Part shown: in pieces, positions 57,701-64,000 of the stretch
How the letters are laid out: each line of letters begins with the position of its first letter
Position numbering within the stretch: the first letter of the stretch is position 1
NCBI GenBank assembly: GCA_964016885.1
Contig: OZ024747.1
Span: 35,216,001 to 35,280,000, forward strand
DNA: 64,000 nt
Direction: 5' to 3'
Source: Eledone cirrhosa
Lineage: Eukaryota
Position numbers and translations under genes: made by a program
Notes under the pieces: generated by a model
The model's input: the letters and a program-made list of their open reading frames with translations, nothing else
What the model was told of the DNA's origin: nothing
The model's database searches: none

Positions 57701-60700
57701 ATTAATGTCTTTCCTCCAGTATCACTGTTACTGCAGCACAAATAAACTAATGTCTTTACTCCAGTATCACTGTTACTGCAACACAAATAAACTAATGTCT
57801 TTACTCCAGTATCACTGTTACTGCAACACAAATAAACTAATGTCTTTGCTCCAGTATCACTATTACTAAAACACACATAAACTAATGTCATTGCTCCAGT
57901 ATCACTGTTATTGCAACACAAATAAACTAATGTCTTTACTCCAGTATCACTGTTACTGCAACATAAATAAACTAATGTCTTTACTCCAGTATCACTGTTA
58001 CTGCAACACAAATAAACTAATGTCATTGCTCCAGTATCACTGTTACTGAAACACAAATAAACTAAAGTCTTTGCTCCAGTATCACTGTTACTGCAACACA
58101 AATAAACTAATGTCTTTACTCCAGTATCACTATTACTAAAACAAATAAACTAATGTCATTGCTCCAGTATCACTATTACTGCAACACAAATATACTAATG
58201 TCTTTACTCCAGTATCACTGTTACTGCAACACAAATAAACTAATGTCTTTACTCCAGTATCACTGTTACTGCCGCACAAATAAACTAATGTCTTTACTCC
58301 AGTATCACAGTTACTGCAGCACAAATAAACTAATGTCTTTACTCCAGTGTCACTGTTACTGCAACACAAATAAACTAATGTCTTTACTCCAGTATCACTG
58401 CCACTGCAACACAAATAAACTAACATCTTTACTCCAGTATCGCTGTTACTGCAGCACAAATAAATTAATGTCTTTCCTCCAGTATCACTGTTACTGCAGC
58501 ACAAATAAACTAATGTATTTACTCCAGTATCACTGTTACTGCAACACAAATAAACTAATGTATTTACTCCAGTATCACTGTTACTGCAACACAAATAAAC
58601 TAATGTCTTTACTCCAGTATCACTGATACTGCAACACAAATAAACTAAGGTCTTTGCTCCAGTATCACTGTTACTGCAGCACAAATAAACTAATGTCTTT
58701 ACTCCAGTATCACTGTTACTGCAACACAAATAAACTAATGTATTTACTCCAGTATCACTGTTACTGCAACACAAATAAACTAATGTCTGTACTCCAGTAT
58801 CACTGATACTGCAACACAAATAAACTAAGGTCTTTGCTCCAGTATCACTGTTACTGCAGCACAAATAAACTAATGTCTTTACTCCAGTATCACTGTTATT
58901 GCAACACAAATAATCTAATGTCTTTACTCCAGTATGACTGTTACTGCTACACAAATAAACTAATGTCTTTGCTCCAGTATCACTATTACTAAAACACAAA
59001 TAAACTAATGTATTTGCTCCAGTATCACTGTTACTGCAACACAAATAAACTAACGTCTTTACTCCAGTATCACTGTTACTGCAACACAAATAAACTAATG
59101 TCTTTACTCCAGTATCACTGTTACTGCAACACAAATAAACTAATGTCTTTACTCCAGTATCACTGATACTGCAACACAAATAAACTAATGTCTTTACTCC
59201 AGTATCACTGTTACTGCAACACAAATAAACTAATGTCTTTACTCCAGTATCACTGTTAATGCAACACAAATAAACTAATGTCTTTACTCCAGTATCGCTG
59301 TTACTACAGCACAAATAAACTAATGTCTTTACTCCAGTATCACTGTTACTGCAACACAAATAAACTAATGTCATTGCTCCAGTATCACTGTTACTGCAAC
59401 ACAAATAAACTAATGTCATTGCTCCAGTATCACTGTTACTGCAACACAAATAAACTAATGTCTTTGCTCCAGTATCACTATTACTGCAACACAAATAAAC
59501 TAATGTCATTGCTCCAGTATCACTGTTACTGCAACACAAATAAACTGATGTCATTGCTCCAGTATCACTGTTACTGCAACACAAATAAACTAATGTCATT
59601 GCTCCAGTATCACTGTTACTGCAACACAAACAATCTAATGTCATTGCTCCAGTATCACTGTTACTGCAACACAAATAAACTAATGTCATTGCTCCAGTAT
59701 CACTGTTTCTGCAACATAAATAAACTAATGTCTTTACTCCAGTATCACTGTTACTGCAACACAAATAAACTAATGTCGTTGCTCCAGTATCACTGTTACT
59801 GAAACACAAATAAACTAATGTCATTGCTCCAGTATCACTGTTACTGCAACACAAATAAACTAATGTCTTTGCTCCAGTATCACTATTACTGCAACACAAA
59901 TAAACTAATGTCATTGCTCCAGTATCACTGTTACTGCAACACAAATAAACTAATGGCTTTGCTCCAGTATCACAGTTACTGCAACACAAATAAACTAATG
60001 TCTTTGCTCCAGTATCACTATTACTGCAACACAAATAAGCTAATGTCTTTACTCCAGTATCACTGTTACTGCAACACAAATAAACTAATGGCTTTGCTCC
60101 AGTATCACTGTTTCTGCAACATAAATAAACTAATGTCTTTACTCCAGTATCACTGTTACTGCAACACAAATAAACTAATGTCGTTGCTCCAGTATCACTG
60201 TTACTGAAACACGAATAAACTAATGTCTTTGCTCCAGTATCACTGTTACTGCAACACAAATGAACTAATGTCTTTACTCCAGTATCACTATTACTAAAAC
60301 ACAAATAAACTAATGTCATTGCTCCAGTATCACTGTTACTGCAACACAAATAAACTAATGTCTTTACTCCAGTATCACTATTACTAAAACACAAATAAAC
60401 TAATGTCTTTACTCCAGTATCACTATTACTGCAACACAAATAAACTAATGTCTTTACTCCAGTATCACTATTACTAAAACACAAATAAACTAATGTCATT
60501 GCTCTATTATCACTATTACTGCAACCCAAATAAACTAATGTCTTTACTCCAGTATCACTGTTACTGCAGCACAAATAAACTAATATCTTTACTCCAGTAT
60601 CACAGTTACTGCAGCACAAATAAACTAATGTCTTTACTCCAGTATCACTGTTACTGCAACACAAATAGACTAATGTCTTTGTTCCAGTATCACTGTTACT

Positions 60701-63700
60701 GCAACACAAATAAACTAATGTCTTTGCTCTAGTATCACTGGTACTGCAGCACAAATAAACTAATGTCTTTACTCCAGTGTCACTGTTACTGCAACACAAA
60801 TAAACTAATGTCTTTACTCCAGTATCACTGCCACTGCAACACAAATAAACTAATGTCTTTACTCCAGTATCGCTGTTACTACAGCACAAATAAACTAATG
60901 TCTTTACTCCAGTATCACTATTACTGCAACACAAATAAACTAATGTCTTTGCTCCAGTATCACTGTTACTGCAGCACGAATAAACTAATGTATTTACTCC
61001 ACTATCACTATTACTAAAACACAAATAAACTAATGTTGTTGCTCCAGTATCACTGTTACTGCAGCACGAATAAACTAATGTATTTACTCCAGTATCACTA
61101 TTACGGCAACACAAATAAACTAAGGTCTTTGCTGCAGTATCACTGTTACTGCAGCACAAATAATCTAATGTCTTTACTCCAGTATGACTGTTACTGCAAC
61201 ACAAATAAACTAATGTCTTTACTCCAGTATCACTATTACTAAAACACAATTAAACTAACGTATTTGCTCCAGTATCACTGTTACTGCAACACAAATAAAC
61301 TAATGTCTTTGCTCCAGTATCACTGTTACTGCAACACAAATAAACTAATGTCATTGCTCCAGTATCACTATTACTGCAACACAAATAAACTAATGTCATT
61401 GCTCCAGTATTACTATTACTGCGACACAAATAAACTAATGTCTTTGCTCCAGTATCACTGTTACTGCAACACAAATAAATTAATGTCTTTGCTCCAGTAT
61501 CACTATTACTGCAACACAAATAAACTAATGTCTTTGCTCCAGTATCACTATTACTGCAACACAAATAAACTAATGTCATTGCTCCAATATTACTATTACT
61601 GCAACACAAATAAACTAACGTCTTTACTCCAGTATCACTATTACTGCAACACAAATAAACTAATGTCTTTACTCCAGTATCACTGTTACTGCAACACAAA
61701 TAAACTAATGTCTTTACTCCAGTATCACTGTTACTGCAACACAAATAAACTAATGTCTTTACTCCAGTATCACTGTTACTGCAACACAAATAAACTAATG
61801 TCTTTACTCCAGTATCACTGTTACTGCAACACAAATAAACTAATGTCTTTACTCCAGTATCACTGTTAATGCAACACAAATAAACTAATGTCTTTACTCC
61901 AGTATCACTGTTACTGCAACACAAATATACTAATGTCTTTACTCCAGTATCACTGTTACTGCAACACAAATAAACTAATGTCTTTACTCCAGTATCACTG
62001 TTACTGCAACACAAATAAACTAATGTCTTTACTCCAGTATCACTGTTACTGCAACACAAATAAACTAATGTCTTTGCTCCAGTATCACTATTACTAAAAC
62101 ACAAATAAACTAATGTATTTGCTCCAGTATCACTGTTACTGCAACACAAATAAACTAATGTCTTTACTCCAGTATCACTGTTACTGCAACACAAATAATC
62201 TAATGTCTTTGCTCCAGTATCACTATTACTAAAACACAAATAAACTAATGTATTTGCTCCAGTATCACTGTTACTGCAACACAAATAAACTAATGTCTTT
62301 ACTCCAGTATCACTGTTACTGCAACACAAATAATCTAATGTCTTTGCTCCAGTATCACTATTACTAAAACACAAATAAACTAATGTATTTGCTCCAGTAT
62401 CACTGTTACTGCAACACAAATAAATTAATGTCTTTCCTCCAGTATAACTGTTACTGCAGCACAAATAATCTAATGTCTTTACTCCAGTATCACTGTTACT
62501 GCAACACAAATAAACTAATGTCTTTACTCCAGTATCACTGTTACTGCAACACAAATAAACTAATGTCTTTGCTCCAGTATCACTATTACTAAAACACAAA
62601 TAAACTAATGTATTTGCTCCAGTATCACTGTTACTGCAACACAAATAAACTAATGTCTTTACTCCAGTATCACTATTACTGCAACACAAATAAACTAATG
62701 TCTTTGCTCCAGTATCACTATTACTAAAACACAAATAAACTAATGTATTTGCTCCAGTATCACTGTTACTGCAACACAAATAAATTAATGTCTTTCCTCC
62801 AGTATCACTGTTACTGCAGCACAAATAAACTAATGTCTTTACTCCAGTATCACTGTTACTGCAACACAAATAAACTAATGTCTTTACTCCAGTATCACTG
62901 TTACTGCAACACAAATAAACTAATGTCTTTGCTCCAGTATCACTATTACTAAAACACAAATAAACTAATGTCATTGCTCCAGTATCACTGTTATTGCAAC
63001 ACAAATAAACTAATGTCTTTACTCCAGTATCACTGTTACTGCAACATAAATAAACTAATGTCTTTACTCCAGTATCACTGTTACTGCAACACAAATAAAC
63101 TAATGTCATTGCTCCAGTATCACTGTTACTGAAACACAAATAAACTAAAGTCTTTGCTCCAGTATCACTGTTACTGCAACACAAATAAACTAATGTCTTT
63201 ACTCCAGTATCACTATTACTAAAACAAATAAACTAATGTCATTGCTCCAGTATCACTATTACTGCAACACAAATATACTAATGTCTTTACTCCAGTATCA
63301 CTGTTACTGAAACACAAATAAACTAATGTCTTTACTCCAGTATCGCTGTTACTGCAGCACAAATAAATTAATGTCTTTCCTCCAGTATCACTGTTACTGC
63401 AGCACAAATAAACTAATGTACTTACTCCAGTATCACTGTTACTGCAACACAAATAAACCAATGTATTTACTCCAGTATCACTGTTACTGCAACACAAATA
63501 AACTAATGTCTTTACTCCAGTATCACTGATACTGCAACACAAATAAACTAAGGTCTTTGCTCCAGTATCACTGTTACTGCAGCACAAATAAACTAATGTC
63601 TTTACTCCAGTATCACTGTTACTGCAACACAAATAAACTAATGTATTTACTCCAGTATCACTGTTACTGCAACACAAATAAACTAATGTCTGTACTCCAG

Positions 63701-64000
63701 TATCACTGATACTGCAACACAAATAAACTAAGGTCTTTGCTCTAGTATCACTGTTACTGCAGCACAAATAAACTAATGTCTTTACTCCAGTATCACTGTT
63801 ATTGCAACACAAATAATCTAATGTCTTTACTCCAGTATGACTGTTACTGCTACACAAATAAACTAATGTCTTTGCTCCAGTATCACTATTACTAAAACAC
63901 AAATAAACTAATGTATTTGCTCCAGTATCACTGTTACTGCAACACAAATAAACTAACGTCTTTACTCCAGTATCACTGTTACTGCAACACAAATAAACTA
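54790..64000. repeat. Copy 2 of the 9.5-kb long-range duplication, truncated by the window edge
   Basis: Shares private variants with copy 1: GCCGCAC (33171/58271), CAAACAATC, TGAACT, GCTCTATTAT (35401/60501), CCACTATC and GTTGTTG. 25100 = 558 x 45 - 10, matching the five intervening 2-bp deletions. Confidence 0.9.

Larger units (their letters stand above)
1..64000. repeat. 45-bp tandem satellite array, about 1422 monomers, single orientation, running off both window edges
   Basis: The consensus AATGTCTTT[A/G]CTCCAGTATCACTGTTACTGCAACACAAATAAACT recurs every 45 bp throughout. The first full unit starts at 26 and a new unit starts at 64000. The span 63974 plus a net 16 bp lost to the 17 indels equals 63990 = 1422 x 45. 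ORF translations show a strict 15-aa period on both strands. Confidence 0.99.
29400..64000. repeat. Right sub-family domain with a distinct variant set
   Basis: Largely restricted to this region are GCTGCAGT (10 copies), CTGATACTG, CTGCCACTG, TATCGCTG, GCTACAC, CTAAAGTC, CAATTAAAC and the 2-bp deletion ACTAAAACAAATA (7 copies). CTTTA monomers appear more frequent than on the left. Confidence 0.8.

Noticed and set aside
567-62952. Fixed 5-mer (225-bp) higher-order repeat suggested by the many 69-aa ORFs
   Set aside because: The ORF track appears to omit ORFs under about 60 aa, hiding 2-4-monomer spacings that are visible in the sequence. The spacing of the TAA variant is irregular.
27-63529. 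Many + strand ORFs encoding (MSLLQYHCYCNTNKL)n, superficially Cys/His metal-binding-like
   Set aside because: Every monomer contains an ATG, and the frame is broken by the very common ACTAAAAC variant (TAA). There is no unique sequence or gene context, so these are repeat translation artefacts.
1349-63992. Minus-strand ORFs of 60-2648 aa as annotated CDS
   Set aside because: Starts are arbitrary in-repeat TTG or ATG codons, and nonsense and frameshift variants are propagated by duplication. Not called as CDS; kept only as a low-probability finding.
1-64000. CRISPR array
   Set aside because: There are no unique spacers: the whole 45 bp is repeated with only point variants. No leader or cas genes are present.
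28-64000. Ser/Thr-rich mucin-like frame CLYSSITVTATQIN* read with TAA as Gln (ciliate-type code)
   Set aside because: Nothing in the window supports an alternative genetic code. That codon varies freely (TCA, TAT, TGA, TAG, CAA, AAA) and frameshifts are tolerated.
1-64000. Transposon insertions, inversions, telomeric repeats, tRNA or rRNA genes
   Set aside because: The monomer phase is accounted for end to end by 17 small indels, leaving no room for foreign or inverted sequence.
1-64000. Assignment to a named satellite family or species, or a CENP-B box
   Set aside because: I do not recognise the monomer and cannot search databases. The consensus lacks the CpG-containing TTCG...CGGG core of the CENP-B box.

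Overview
The whole 64 kb window is one uninterrupted, head-to-tail array of a 45-bp AT-rich satellite-type repeat, with every unit in the same orientation. The consensus is AATGTCTTT[A/G]CTCCAGTATCACTGTTACTGCAACACAAATAAACT (33-36% GC, no CpG). Tracking the phase by hand gives 1422 complete monomers (26..63999) plus a 25-bp partial unit, with only 17 small indels. I see no unique sequence, transposon, inversion, RNA gene, CRISPR spacer or credible protein-coding gene. All ORFs in the track are translations of the two frames of the monomer that happen to lack a stop codon. The structure lies in the variants: nested higher-order duplications of 31, 41-42, 63, 72-73, 80, 103, 190 and 558 monomers, two sub-family domains meeting near 29.4 kb, and a variant monomer that turns an internal quasi-palindrome into a perfect 10-bp inverted repeat. 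The monomer also has mini-intron-like grammar (GTATCA...CTAAT...pyrimidines...CAG), which is speculative. It is most likely eukaryotic (peri)centromeric or heterochromatic satellite DNA; I cannot name the organism or family from sequence alone. I found no well-supported new gene system.
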